Shown one piece after another: positions 1-13,562 of a DNA stretch of 64,000 nt (position 1 is the stretch's first letter; each line of letters opens with the position of its first letter). A program made the position numbers and the translations under genes. Source of the DNA: Selaginella moellendorffii (taxonomy: Eukaryota; Plantae; Lycopodiophyta); NCBI RefSeq assembly GCF_000143415.4, contig NW_003314266.1, forward strand, positions 1,820,463-1,884,462. The letters are read 5' to 3'. The notes beneath the pieces are model-generated. The model ran no database searches, was not told the DNA's origin, and saw only the letters and a program-made list of their open reading frames with translations.

Positions 1-2526
1 TCGATTTCACCATGTTAGACATGGCAGGATTTGACTTAATCTTCGGGATGGATTGGTTCAATCGGTTCGTGGTAGCCCTGCATGGACAAGGTAGGAACCT
101 TGTGGTACTAGTGAATGCCCAAGGAAGAAGATCCAGGGTGGAGGCCTAGGATTTAAAGGTAGGGCAATGCAAGGCCAAAGATTCTTGCCTAAACCTAGTA
201 TCCACGAGAGGACAACTCACTAAAGGAACCAAGGTAGCATTTTTGTGCTTACTCTCGGTGAAGAGTGACAAAAAGACGGGGACGAAGGAAGTACCTTTAG
301 TGATCCAACGGGTGTTAGACCAATTCCAGGATACCATGCCGGAGGAGTTATCGGCAGGGTTGCCCCCCGCACGACCGATAGAATATAAGATTGAGCTGGT
401 CGAGGGTGCTGAGGCAATGGTTTGTCCCCCCTATCATTTAAATAAAAAAGAATTCGAGGATCTCAAGCGCCAACTAGAAGAGTTGGTGGACAAAGGGTAT
501 GTTAAGTTGAGCAAGTCGCTGTATGGGGCACCAATGTTATTTGTGAAAAAAAAAATGGATCTATGCGCATGTGCATAAACTACCGGTTGCTCAACAAGTA
601 TACAAAGAAGAATAAGTACCCTTTGCCAAAGATTGAGGACCTGTTCGATAGGTTGGGAAAGGCAAAATACTTCTCAAGGATTGACCTTAGGTCAGGATAC
701 TACCAGATCAAGGTAGCAGAGGAAGATGTCGAAAAGACAACCTGTCGAACAAGGTATGGGAGCTTTGAGTTTTTGGTGATGCCCTTCGGACTATGCAATG
801 CGTCGGCAATGTTTTTGGCATTAATGAACCACGTGTTTGTACTCTATCTAGATCACTTTGTGATCGTCTATATTGACGACATCCTGATTTATAGCGAAAC
901 GCTAGAGGAACATGCCGAACACTTGACAAAGGTGTTTGAGAAACTAAGGGAACACCAGCTGTATGCTAAAGAGAGCAAATGTGACTTTGCTCAACAAGAG
1001 GTAAAGTTTCTTAGGCATGTGGTGGGCAAAGACAAATTCAAGGTGGACTCTGAGAAGGTCCAAGCGATCTAAGATTATAAGCGACCATCAAATGTACACA
1101 AGTTAAGGGCATTTTTGGGGTTATGCAACTACTACCGAAAGTTTATCAAACACTATTCAAAAGTAACCCTACCTTTAATGGACCAAACGGGAAAATGAAA
1201 GATGGTATGGATAGCAGAATGCAAGGCAGCATTTGTCCACCTCAAAAGGAAGTTGAGGAAGGCTCCTATGTTAGCGTTACCAGACTTTGGTAAGGACTTT
1301 AAGGTAGAAATGGATGCTTCAGACTTTGCATTGGGTGCAGTTTTGAAGCAAGACAACCATTTAGTAGCATTCTTCTCAAAGAAGTTGGACAAAGCTTAAC
1401 GGAAGTGGCCTGCCCACGAGAAGGAATTGTTTGCAGTGGTTAAGGCCCTCAAGGAGTGGCAACACTACCTTGGGAGACACTTCAAAGTTTACACAGACAA
1501 TGTGGCAATGAAACACTTTTTGTCACAGCCCGACCTAAGAGGGAAACAAGATCAGTGGGCCAATGCTTTGGCTGAGTTTGATTGCGAGATTCTGTACAAA
1601 CCTGGGAAGAGCAACATCGTGGCGGATGCACTAAGTTGAAAAGCGAGCTTGAAGTTGGCGATATCTAGCGTGACAGCAACCTTTTGGGATGATGTGCAGA
1701 CAAAATATGAGAACGATGGTCTAGCACAAGTACCTCTGGCCTTCCCCACACTCGAACCATTTGTTCGAAGAACAACTTCGCCACACCTTCCGCATCCACT
1801 TCCGTTGTGGTGGGTATGAAATGTGCCATCTTTGAAAATCGGTCTACCACCATGAATATCGCATCAAACCCCTCACTTAGGGGGAGTCCCGTGATAAAGT
1901 CCATCATAAGACATTTCCACGGACGATCTAGAATTGGGATGCTTTGTAACAAGACCCCACTAGCCTTAGTCACAACTTTGACCTGCTGACATGTTGAACA
2001 TGTGTTTACATAGTCTTGGATGTCCTTAGCCATATTTGGCCAATGGTACTTCCTCTTGAGTAGGCCCATTGTCTTGGGCACTCCACTATGTCCCACAAGA
2101 GGTCCGTCATGACATTCTTCTAAGGCTACTTTCCTTAGTTCCCCTTCTAGAACATACACTCTCGTTTACTTGTAATAGATGAGTCCATTGCATTCTGCAT
2201 AGCCCGTTTTCTCTTCCGTTGGAAGCTCACCTTTCTGGTGAGCTTCCCGTGCCTCTAGATTCCTTAGCAATAGAGATCATCTTAGATCGAGATAAAATCT
2301 TCACTAGCAAGTTCTAGAGAACTCTTTTGGAACAGTATCGCACCAAGTTGAAATTCAGCACAACCTATCACCCACAGACAGGTATTAGGTATTAAGTCAA
2401 GTTGGATGGCACTAACACTTCTTGGCAGATGGACAAACGGAAAGGGTGAATAGGCAGTTGGAGGATTATTTGCGATGCTATGTCTTCGGAGACCAGACTA
2501 ATTGGGTAAGTCATTTGGTATTGGAG
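1..2526 (+). mobile_element. Degenerate Ty3/gypsy LTR retrotransposon pol (protease end, RT, RNase H, integrase)
   Basis: RT motifs (IDLRSGYYQI, VMPFGLCNA, YIDDILI) at 563-1072, RNase H (MDASDFALGAVL, YTDN, NIVADALS) at 1202-1639, integrase H2C2 and core. Several stops and frameshifts; 1734-2272 is inverted. Confidence 0.95.
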
Positions 2527-2571
2527 GCTTTTCCTCAGTTCTAACGAAGGATAGAGGAGGATTGCTAGGAG

Positions 2572-3175
2572 ATGGCAAAGGCAAGGTAGGCGGAGACGGA
2601 ACCTCCGCTAAAGCTAGAGCCTTTGGTCGAACAAGAGGCGATGGATGAGGAATCCTTGCATGAGGAGGACTCTAGTGAGGAAACTTCCAAACAAGAGTCC
2701 AGTGGCGAGGTTCGGTCGTCCAAGGCTCGATGGATGTTCTAGAAGGACAATTGGCACAGACCAATGCCCTGCTAGAGACTCTCGTACATAAGCTAAAGCA
2801 TAATGAAAAGCGGAAGAAAAAGCAGAAGAAAAAGTGAAAGACTACGGATGCTGGTAGCGCAGAAGGTGCGGACCCTTCGGTAGGGACTGAGGCAGAACCA
2901 AACAAGGTCGAATAAACTGAAGTGAAATCAGTTCCTCAAACCGTTCCAAAGTACAAAGCAAAGTCCCCACCGATCTTCAAGGGAGTGAATGACTATAAGG
3001 TGGTGGAGAATTGGTTTTACGATATAAAGGACTACTTTCGAGTGTTGTGGTTATCAAGCTTGGAGAAGGTCCCATGTGCAAAACTATACTTGGCAGATAA
3101 TGCTAAGTCTTGGTGGAGAACGACAGAGGCCAACAAAGGGTTGATAGCCATTTGAGAGATGATGAAGGTGAAGTC
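2572..3175 (+). mobile_element. Degenerate retrotransposon gag fragment
   Basis: PPIFKGVNDYKVVENWFYDIKDYF...LYLADNAKSWW resembles the Ty3/gypsy gag capsid pattern; contains stops. Confidence 0.7.
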
Positions 3176-3760
3176 TAGAAACCAGTCTTGAAGGAACTCT
3201 CCAGTGGTGCTTCCAAATTGACTTGAGGTTGAGACTAGGGCCGAAGGGCCTTGGGTGGGAGTGAGCATGGACTTGGGTGGTGCCGAAGGGGCCACCCAAG
3301 GAAGTGCTCAAGAGCAACTCCCACTCCCGAAAAGGAAACTAACTGTGGTGTTCCTGGCTCGTGTGGAGTGGTGCCTTACTTGAGTACCTTGTGGCTCATT
3401 GGTCCTCGCCCTTCTTAGGGGCTTGGACCTTCCCTTCGGGATGGAAGTGGGGGGGGTAAAGGTACCCATACTAGGCCGTTAGGCCACGGTGTTTCGCCCC
3501 AGTGTTTGGAAGCAGGTGTTGCATCCAAGGCTTGGGATTTAGAGGGTCCCATGATCAAATCTTATTGTACCAAGGGATGCTAGGAATTTGGAGGCTTGAT
3601 GTGCTTGGCTGCTTATGCCTATAGGGAGTGTAACCGAACCTTAAGTCCAGTCTAACCCAGGGAGGGGGATTGGGAGAAATTTAGGAATCCGTGGATGGAT
3701 GGCTAACACTCCGTTGCTTGTGCAATGAGTAGCTAAACCCAAGTAGGACCAAGTAGTAAC
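3176..3760 (+). repeat. Partial LTR, same family as 61490-61840
   Basis: 3178-3541 aligns by eye with 61490-61840 (e.g. gaaggaactctccagtggtgctt, gggtggtgccgaaggggccacccaaggaagtgct). Followed by a PBS-like TGGTAT at 3761. Confidence 0.7.
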
Positions 3761-3793
3761 TGGTATAATAGGTGAGAACTTTAGCGAGGGAAC

Positions 3794-4160
3794 TTAGCTA
3801 AAGCTAAGGCAGTGTTGGTTGGATAGACGAAGTAAGCTGGCAAATGAGAAAGGAAAAATTTGTGATTTACATCTAAGTGCACATGTGTTGACTAGTTTCT
3901 CAACTAGCTTGGGTAGAAACCATAAAGGGAACAAACAGTATTGACTTCCTGCTGTTATGGTAGTAAGGAGAAAGTGTCCATAAGGACTGGCTGACAAGTA
4001 TCTTTCAATACCCGAAGTCACATTTACAATACTCAAACTCACAAAAGACCTAAGCTCATAACCATTTATTGTCATAAATAAAAACATACCAATAGCTGAT
4101 TGATGAATGTTATTATGAGCAAATTGAAGCAAAGGCAGATAATTCTCCCATATGATCTAT
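3794..4160 (-). mobile_element. Gypsy integrase C-terminal remnant
   Basis: WENYLPLLQFAHNNIHQSAIG...GY resembles the post-catalytic integrase segment. Confidence 0.55.
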
Positions 4161-4336
4161 TCACCCAAATTGTTAGTCAACTTGGTCAGCTTTAATCAAT
4201 GGGATGGTTTATAGGGTAGTCAATATGATGACTAACCCACCAATGCTTCATGTTCATGGAAGAAACGGCCATTATTCCATCATGGCTGGAAGAGTGGAAA
4301 TGGTCATGAGGCTAAAAAGACTCATTCAGATCAATA

Positions 4337-4640
4337 TGAGAAGGATAAGGTGGAGGGTAATTGTTTTTGTTGTCACAAAGCTGAATATCACGGCAAGGAT
4401 TGTCCTCTTGTGAAGGATCAAAAAATGCTAATAATAATCCATACAGATAATGTTGCCATCCCTTCACAACAGAAAAAAACTTGTTTGGACTAGCATGAGC
4501 AAGATAAGGTGGAGGGTAATTGTTTTCGTTGTTACCAAGGCTAGACATCACTGCAAGGATTGTTTTCTTGTGAAGGGATCAAAGAATGCTAATAATAATC
4601 CATACAAATAATGTTGTTATGTGTATATCTTCATAGCAGC
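4337..4640 (+). repeat. ~159-bp tandem duplication, each unit with a degenerate CCHC zinc knuckle
   Basis: gataaggtggagggtaattgtttt occurs at 4344 and 4503. Unit 1 reads CFCCHKAEYHGKDC; unit 2 is frameshifted. Confidence 0.7.
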
Positions 4641-7600
4641 AATCACAATGTAAATTGATTAACATTGTTAGTTGTATAAATGTTTTTTTATTCATATTGT
4701 GAGGATTATAAGGAGGCAACCAAGATCGAGTTGGTGATCTATTGGACTACAGCCAATTGCTCTACCATTGAGCTAATTAACTGCATTTATTTTAATTTGA
4801 CAGCTGAGCATTGCTCCTCAAGCTAGGTTTATATGCTCACTTGATCTATGCATAGAAGAGGGCAGAAAATGGCATGGAAGCAGCCACCCAAGTAGTAGCA
4901 GTGATAGTGAGCTTTCCTACTATTGCTCCTAGTTGCAATTGCGGTGCTAATATCTCTAATCAACCTAGAAGGCAAAATCTTGCTACAATTATTAAATGTG
5001 GATCAATCGATCTTTGTTGCGGGAGAAATGTAGGCTTATAGTGCCTTGGATTTCACTTTTTCTTGTGAAATTGGGATGCTAATTATAATTAGTTTTGGTA
5101 CTTTTGTTTTCTATTATCATGATAATATGTTTAAATTATAATATCCTTTTGTTATTCATTTGCAATAAGTTTCAAAAAAGTATTTATAAATTATATTGAA
5201 ATAGGTTAAACTTTTCATTACTACTTATGATCTATCATGAATAAACTTGGAGTATTGAAAAGAATATATTATATTATTTATTTGTATATTTTAGTTATAT
5301 ATAAATATTTTTTTTACTAATTTTATATTTAGGTATTGCTATACCATAAAATAATTAAAGAAATTTAAAATTTTAAAATTACTATAAAAAATTAATATTT
5401 ACATTTTATTTATTTGAAAACAATTATAGTTCTTATTTAAATATTTATTTCAAAAATACTATTTTGAAAATGTTTAGTTTCACCATATTTGAAGAAAATT
5501 ATTTTAATTATTTATTCTTCAAAACCTTGTTAATTAAATCAAGTAAAATGATATATAAAGTAAAGTAATATATAATAATAAGGAGGAGTTGCCAAACTTT
5601 TTAGGCTATTAGATCTGACCAATTGGCACTGTTTAATGTAAAATAACCCAATAAATATCAATTTTTTTACTATGTGTTATTTTGAAAAATATATGCAAGG
5701 TTTGAGTCACCAAGTAAGCATGCAACACGGCCCTAATTAAGGAGAAGGTGTGAGCAACAATTGTTTGTTTGTGCAACTTAGAAGGGATAAAACTTTCCTT
5801 TTACCATAACTCCTCTCAACTATGAAATTTCTAAAGGAAGTGCATCACCCAATGCCAGAGATGGAGGTCTAGGAGCTCTAAGGTTTCTAGAGAAGTAAAA
5901 AAGGAGGCAGCCACTAACTAGAACTACCCCACTCAAGCACAAAGATGTTTGTGGTAGTCAATAGCCACCTAGCACTAGAGCAAAAGTGAATTTGTGGATA
6001 GGCATGTCAAATCTATTATGCTTTATGTTGTCTTGTTTATCCTTTTTGAAAGTTCTCATTTCTTTCCCTAGAATTGGCCTAATAGTGGAGTGTTATGGCT
6101 AGCACTCTCGAGCACTGGAGCACCATGTGGAGTGCCATGGCTATCCAACAACCCGAGTGCCATAGGAAATCGATTGATCAAGTTTGTTACTAGCATTTAA
6201 TTCTTTGATGAGTGTTTATCGTTTGAATTCGTGAGCATAAATTTGGGAGATTGGGTGCTAAGGTAGAGAATTGTTGGGGCATAAGCTATGGATAGTAGGT
6301 GACAGAAAATGTTACATGCTATAAGTTTATAACTCCCCTGCATCACTTATCAATTTTTTTGGCTTTTGGAAAAATCTTTATGCGAGGGATTATGTGGGCA
6401 TGAGAACAAGAGCTCTTGGGGTTTCTACTGAGGGTATGGCTATTGAGTCTGGTGGTGATTGTGCAGCAAATGTTGCTTAGGTGGCAAAATCAAATATCAT
6501 TTCTTAGCTTGGATATTATGATTAAAATTTTTTTTGACTTAAACTTGCCCCAATAATTAAGATGCCATTTAGCCTATCATACATGTTGGGATAAAAATGC
6601 AATTAAGAAAAAGAAGGTGATAAAACTGAAGATGAGTAAACATAAGATATATCATGAATATCAAAATGGAGTAAAAAAATTAATTCAACCAAAGCAATCT
6701 ACATTTACTATTACTGGTTTCTTTAGTAATAACTTTTTATTTTAAAAGTTTGTTTTTACAAAATTTATTTTTTAGGTAATGGCTCCAGGATAATGTAATA
6801 CATAAATCCCTAAGCCCCAAACTGGGGATAAAAGGGTTGGTAGTGGATAAAGCAAAAATCAAACAAGCATAACACATTTAAATTAAAAGCTTCAACTTAG
6901 AAAGTTAAGAATTGGAATGGAACTCCTAACAAAGTGTTCAAGGAATGAGCACGAAATAATCAATAATCAATAATCATTGAGAGTTTTGCATCTAAATTGT
7001 TAATTGGGTAACACCCAGACAAGTGCCACATGTGCTTGCCATTAGAGCGGCTAAGCCTCACCAATGGATAAGGCAATTCTTTGTCTATACTGATGTATTG
7101 ACGATGTATTGATCAAGCAATTCCATATGGATTGCCTCTCCCTAGGCATGAGACTTTACAAACTATAAATTTAAAACCTAATAAACTACATTTCAAACAT
7201 GAGGTTAGTCTTAATACAAAAAGATTAAACACCTTTATAAATCTTTTGACTAACAACAAACATATCTAACATATATTAGTAACAATTATATTCTGTAATT
7301 CTTTTCTTAGTTTTACCTGGGTCTGTGTAGTAGTATTAGCATTCTTAAAATTTATTGTTCTATATTCCAAGTAAAGCACATGGCAAAGTAGTTATTTGCT
7401 AAATTAATTGGTTTAGGTGTTTGAGTTTAAGGGTACATACAATTTTTTATTTCTAGGCTAAACTTTGTTTAGGTTTGAGTAATACATTAATGTTCTTCCC
7501 TTCCCTAAATTAATGACAATTAATCTTAATGATTCTTCTTTACTTTTGTTTAATCTGGGTAGTATAAATCTGTTTGTATCCCAAGTAAAAACATAACATC

Positions 7601-9098
7601 TGATTGATAAAATTATTTTTTAGTAATTCTTCATTTACTTTATTTAGTCTGGGAGTGTACTAAATATATTTATATTCTAATAACTATAAAAAAATTATTC
7701 TCAGAAATATATTTTTACTTTTCTCTGGGTTGGATATTAAAGTTTCTTTAAATTTTAGTGTTCTAAATATATTTATATTCCCAAGTAATAATTTGCATAT
7801 ATTATCTTTATCAATAATATTTACTTACTAATTCTTATTTTTTCACTTCGGGATATTCTAAGTACATGGTAAATGTTGTATAGTATTGAATGTGTATATA
7901 TATATACACACACACATATAAATATCAAAAAGAAAAAATTGTATAAAATTATTAATTTTTGTACTCATCCAGCATTTGCTAGACAATGTCTATTGAGATA
8001 ATAAGGAGGAGTTACTGAATTTTTTTTGCTGTTAGATCCAGCCAATGGCAGCTGTTGGATTGAGGTGTAACTGTCAAAAGGTTATTTCTTTAACCATATC
8101 TTACTGAAATTTTAATAAGATTTTGTCTTGGCTAATAATTGTTTGCATCATGCATGTTTGGGCAAGAATCAAAATGGCACTATCTGCTCCCTCAATCTCA
8201 ATCCCTCTGAATCTCTTAACAGCATGCAGCAAGCTATATGGAGCAAATGTTAGGCATGGGGAAGGTGCTCTATAGATTTGCAAACAAAGTTATGGGTTGA
8301 AAGCTTAATTTCAACCATACAGATACTCATTGAGGTGTTGGCCTTTGAAAAGAATTCTAAACAAAGTTGGTGAGTAGATTCCAAATGCACATGTTAATCT
8401 CCATAAGAACTTAATGTTAATGTTTGAACTGGGAATTTCTTGGTAGTGGGACAATAAACAAGATTGCTGGCTCAGCCAAAAGAATGTCTAGTCTTAAGTG
8501 AGCTAGGGCAGCACTTGCTTTTGCCAATTGCCTTCATGAATAACCACACTGTGTTTTCTGCTTGCTGCCTCGAGTCAAGCAGGTTCTTAAGCTTCATATC
8601 AGCACTTCATGGTGGGAGAAAGAGCCTAGAGCTAGAGAAAGAGCAATGTTTGTGTACCCATGCTTACAACATTATTTTAGTTTCTCCAACTCGAAGTTAG
8701 TGTCCAATTTACAGTTTCTAGGATGTGAACATAAATTGATTATAAGAGTCTATCAAATCGTTCATAGTCATCTTACAGCTTTAATCTGGAAAGATATTAG
8801 CAAGGTATATGCAAGCCACTTGTATGGACAATAGCGAGGTGCTAGGAATGGTAAGGATAATCTAGGTTGTGAGGATATTGTGAAGTGTTTTATAGTTTCA
8901 AAAGCATTTCCTCCAGGCTTAATACTTGCTGTTGGATCTGATGCTGCCTTAGAGATCCAGCAAGAGATTATTGATAATATGTGAATCAAAAAAACTTTGC
9001 CATATCTAGTCAGATATAAAATTGTATTTAACCATATCATTAGTATAACAGAACAAACGTTCTGAAAGAATGATCAAATTCTACAACCTAGCTATCAA

Positions 9099-11662
9099 TC
9101 AACTGGGATGATTAGTTTTGCACATACATTCAGCCACTGGGTAGCCCAATACGTCCCGCCCTTTTTTCTCCATCCACATGGCAGGCTGGCCAACCGATTC
9201 TCGGTGTAATTCCCGGATGGCAGCGTTGAAATCTCTCTGGGGAAGGCTCGAATTGAGGAAGAAAGGTAGCATTTCTCTCTTGTTAGGGGTTATATGCTTC
9301 CGATGGCCTGTGTAAGCTCTATGTCCCTGTTGCGGCAAGATCAAAATGTTCTATTAGATTGAAAAGAAATTCAAAACTGCATCTTACCTTGAGAGCGTGA
9401 CCCATGTTTCCTCCATGAGATGGCATGAACACGTCGCTGTTTAAAGAGACGACGTAGTCAATTGCTGCGAGCCTGGACGCCTTGCTGCGAAAGGCCTCCA
9501 GCTCTTGAGGAGTTGCAATGTCGTGCTTGTTGACCAAGTTTGGGAATTCCTGCTTGAGTGGCTGCAAAGCTCGTGATCCTCCAAATGGTTCCCCCCCAGC
9601 CCAGTAAATCCGGGTCCAGGACGTGGCTCCAAGTCCTCGAAGCAACCTGCACAGATACAACACAATAAGCATCATCACGATCTGGAATGGAGCTTTCAAA
9701 AACAAAGAAGCACAATAGCGAAAATTAAAACAACAAAAAGCCCATGACGAGCACGACCGACGACTTCTTGAATGCAAAGTGCAACTCCCAAGGATTACGA
9801 TTTCATGACTTCAAAGAAACAGTCTGTCTCTTACGGGACCCAGGAACGGCTTACTCCGTTTTCTTGCTGGCCTCACGAATCTCAGCCGCAATAATATGCA
9901 GGGCATTTAGTGGTGCGATAGTGGAGCAAGCAGTACTAGAAAGACAATAAGTACACCCCAGTCACAACACTAGAAGGCAGCACGAGAAGCAGTAGTTGTA
10001 AATGTCGCCAATCAGAAAAATGAGCTGGCTGGGATCAGGCGAGCAAAAAGATCATGCAAAGCATGATGGTCAGCTGAATAATTGCATCCCTCTCTACGAC
10101 AACGACGGTTGAAAAGAATTGCGCTAGGACAGCGACACACAAGATCGATCGCAAAGCATACAACCAAGCTGCTAGAAGCTCTGCATAAAGTATCCATGCA
10201 CAAAACTACAAAGAAGTTGCGATGATCCGGAAAGAAAGCAGCGTGCAATAACATAATGCCGGCTCAATAGCAACCAAAAGAAAAGGCAGCACGAACGATC
10301 CATGACCAAAGATATGGTTAAGAAACGCTTACCTTGCTACTTCTTTTGCCGTGAGCGGACAAAGTCCAGCAAGTTGACGTTCTTCTTGGGTCATGTTGGA
10401 TCGTCCAGTGAGGAGTTTCGGATTCAGGCGTCGCTCGGTCCGAATTTCTTCGTCATGCTCGGGCCCCAGGCCTGGAAGACAGCCTGTTCTAACCCACACG
10501 TCTTTTTCTAGACGCAAGTGGAGGGCCAAGTAAGGACCTTGACTCCACATTCTTTGAGTGATTTGATCGCCAAGTGCCTGTATCGGAGCTGCAAATCGAA
10601 GCGCGTGGAACGCTACCTGCTCGCCAATAAAAAACAAGCGAGTTGTAAAGTGGAAGATAAAACTAAGACTATCTCCGCTTACTTTGCAACGAAGCTTCTG
10701 GAGGTCTGCTGGTAGATCTTTGGACAGCCGCGAGTCGAGGCCTCTTAGTAAGAGAATGCCATCTCTCCTAAGCTGGAAAGGCAAGAACAAAAAAGAAAGG
10801 GTCAGAAAATCTAGCTCAGGCTAAGCTGTGCTTACTCGTTTTGAGTAGTGTTGCTTGAACCATTCCGGGCTTGCGTTCAAAGGCGTCCGCTTCTCCTCGG
10901 CTGGTCGCGTTCCAATATGAGTCGAGGGCAGCGAAGTTACGATCCTCACGTCGGCTTGCAAGCTCGTCTTGAAATGCTCGAAATCGAAGATGTCAGAAAA
11001 TTCACTGATCGCGAGGAGATAAAACAATGATAAGCCACACGGAATCCAAAGAGAAAGGAAGAGACGAATGCCCACCTATCATCGCCCCATATAACATTGA
11101 CTTGCATGATCGGAACCACGAGAGCAGCGCCGAGGATACGCGCGATGACCACGGCATCAACTATCTGGTTGCGTTGCTGGTTCAATCCACCCGAGACGAC
11201 GACAACCAGATAGTTCCTCCTGTCCGAAAGGATGCGGGACGAATCCAGTCCGTAGCGATCGCTGAATTTCAAGCACGGCTTGTAGCCCTGATCGTCTGGC
11301 TGCTGCCAAAAGTCCCTCTCTTCGTTCGTGAGATTCCCAAGCACGAAATTCTTCGATGTAGATGGCGCTAGATCATCGCGATGGCGATCCAAGGCATCCT
11401 TGCCGCCGTTGTCGAAGAAGCTGGAGGTGGAGGTGGCTTTGTTGTTGCAATTCTCGTCGCCGGGATGCCATCGGCTCAAGAACACGAACATGCTCAAGAC
11501 GCCAAAGCCCGCAATGAGAATCCCCCAAAGGCTCACAATGTAGGTTGCCCGGCTAAAGAATCGCTTCGTGGGCCGCTTCTTGGGAGAGAGGAGTAAGGCG
11601 GTGAGCGCTGTGCTGGGAACGAGCGCTGGAATCGTTATCAGGGACGGCTTGCTGATCGCCAT
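9099..11662 (-). CDS. O-fucosyltransferase family (GT106-type) glycosyltransferase, 6 exons
   Basis: N-terminal TM helix; SGGLNQQRNQIVDAV, YLALHLRLEKD, CPLT and AAIDYVVSLNSDVF motifs. GT-AG exons ~11662-11076, 11005-10856, 10772-10683, 10616-10333, 9646-9388, 9326-9099. Confidence 0.93.
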
Positions 11663-12690
11663 GGATCAAAGCGCGAGAGGAGAAGGAGAGAAAAAGATCT
11701 GTCCTGGACGGAAATATTTCGGGGCTGGAGTGGATCGCGATCTCAGATTAGAATCCCAGCGACGCCTCCTGCTATCCGTGCTCCCTGTTCTTGGCGGTCC
11801 TCCAGCTGCGATCCCTGTGGCCGCATTCGTATGCGCCGCCTTGTCGCATGCTGCTCCCAAACATCCACCGAGCAAGAGCGTGGCGAGGCGATCGATCGAC
11901 GAAACCACCGGCGCAACCTAGCGCCCCGCTGGATCGATGGAGGAATGCGACCGCGCACGACCGATACCAAATGCTGAGGAGACGCTTGAGCGAACATAAG
12001 AACCCTAAGCCTCTTCTCAAACGTGGAGCCTTGATCTCCAAGAAAACTAACCTGATAGGCAAAAAGAGAATGGAATGGAGAGAGAGAGCACTGGTCTTTC
12101 CTGCCAGCTCATGGACCTCCTTTCCACGTCTCTGCCACGTCACGGGTGGGATACATACTCCGTAGAATTCTACAGCCAGCTGGAAAGCTAATGGTTAGTT
12201 GGGTGGTCTCAATGGTTGTTTGATTTGGAATTTTCTCATCCTTTTGGCACCATTACTTTAAAATAATCTCTGGAAATATCAGCTATAGAAAATTTTAAGC
12301 CATAATTTAATGTTTTTTTCTGGTTGAAAGAGAGATGTCAGCTTTGGTGTGCACAATGCAGCTGGAGGCCAACTTATGGACACACACAAAAAAAAGAGTG
12401 TAGGTAGATAGATAGGCAGCTCTCTTTGCTTTGGTGGTTTGGAAAGGTCTTAGCATTGGCTGCCTGCTTTCTAGATTTGCTTTGAGCATTCCTGCAAGAA
12501 AAAGAGAAAGAGAAAAGAAAAAATAGAGAAAAAAGAGATGAGCAAAAGAGTTAATAAAGAAAGGAAGCCAAGAAAGAGACTCAAGAACAGCTCTAGCACT
12601 CCAGCCAGCAGCAGCGTTGTTTCTTGTTTGGAGGTGTATCCAAGTCCTTTGTGGTTTGCTGTCAATCCTGCCTGTAACACAACTGTGAAA

Positions 12691-12735
12691 GCAGCAGTAG
12701 CAGTAGCAGTAGCAGTAGCAGCAGCAGCAGCAGCA
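12691..12735. repeat. (GCAGTA)n/(GCA)n microsatellite
   Basis: Direct reading of the sequence. Confidence 0.85.
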
Positions 12736-13562
12736 ACAGTGGACTTTGGTTCTCTTTCTCTCCGAGTCCTGTTCTTCCCGCGCCTTGCATAAAAATTCTT
12801 ACAATATATCTCTTACTAGCAAGAGAGAAAGCAGCAGTACCTTATTATTCCTGGTGTACAGGAGCTTTGCATTGAATCGGTTGATGCTATCTCTCTCCTT
12901 TGTTTTGGCACGGCAGCTTTTCTTACATGCCTATCTTCTCGTCTCGATTTTTGACTCCGCCTGACACCGATATCCTCCTGCAGTATGTATAACTAATAAG
13001 GATCCAATGCTGGATTAGCTCCGCATGGCTAAGCTAAGACGGTTCCAAAGGCTTGAAACTAATCTGAGGAAAAACAGCCATACCTCTCCATCCATTCGAG
13101 TGTTCTCCAGCGCGGGCGATTGTTCGTACGTTTGTGATGCTCCTTGCTTGGTTGCTCTGGCATTCTTGTCCGCCATGGAGCTCGTATCTCCATCATCTCC
13201 ATCGCCAACTGCTTGTCGTCACGGCTCCAGCTGCATCACTGCATGTGAGAACAAAGGAGAAAAAACAGAAATAAATGAATAAGAAAAACCATGTTAAGAA
13301 ACATTTAAAAATATGTCTCGCACCTCACAGGTCTGAGATATCCTGCCGCTGCCAAAGCCCTTGAAGTCATGTGTTTGCATTTAGACGTTCACGTACAGCT
13401 CTAGCAATTTGCCTCGGAGAAGACCCAAGTTCGTTGGCAGCAGCAGCAGAGCAGGATCCAAAGTTTCTGTCTTTTTTATGTTTTCTTTTCCTCCTTTCTC
13501 CTGTCAACCGAACGAGTAAGAGCATTAGATGAAGAAAGACTCATACCTTCTAAGTCGGAAGA

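Noticed and set aside
8100-9040. Possible LINE remnant on the minus strand
   Set aside because: No RT or endonuclease motif could be read with confidence.
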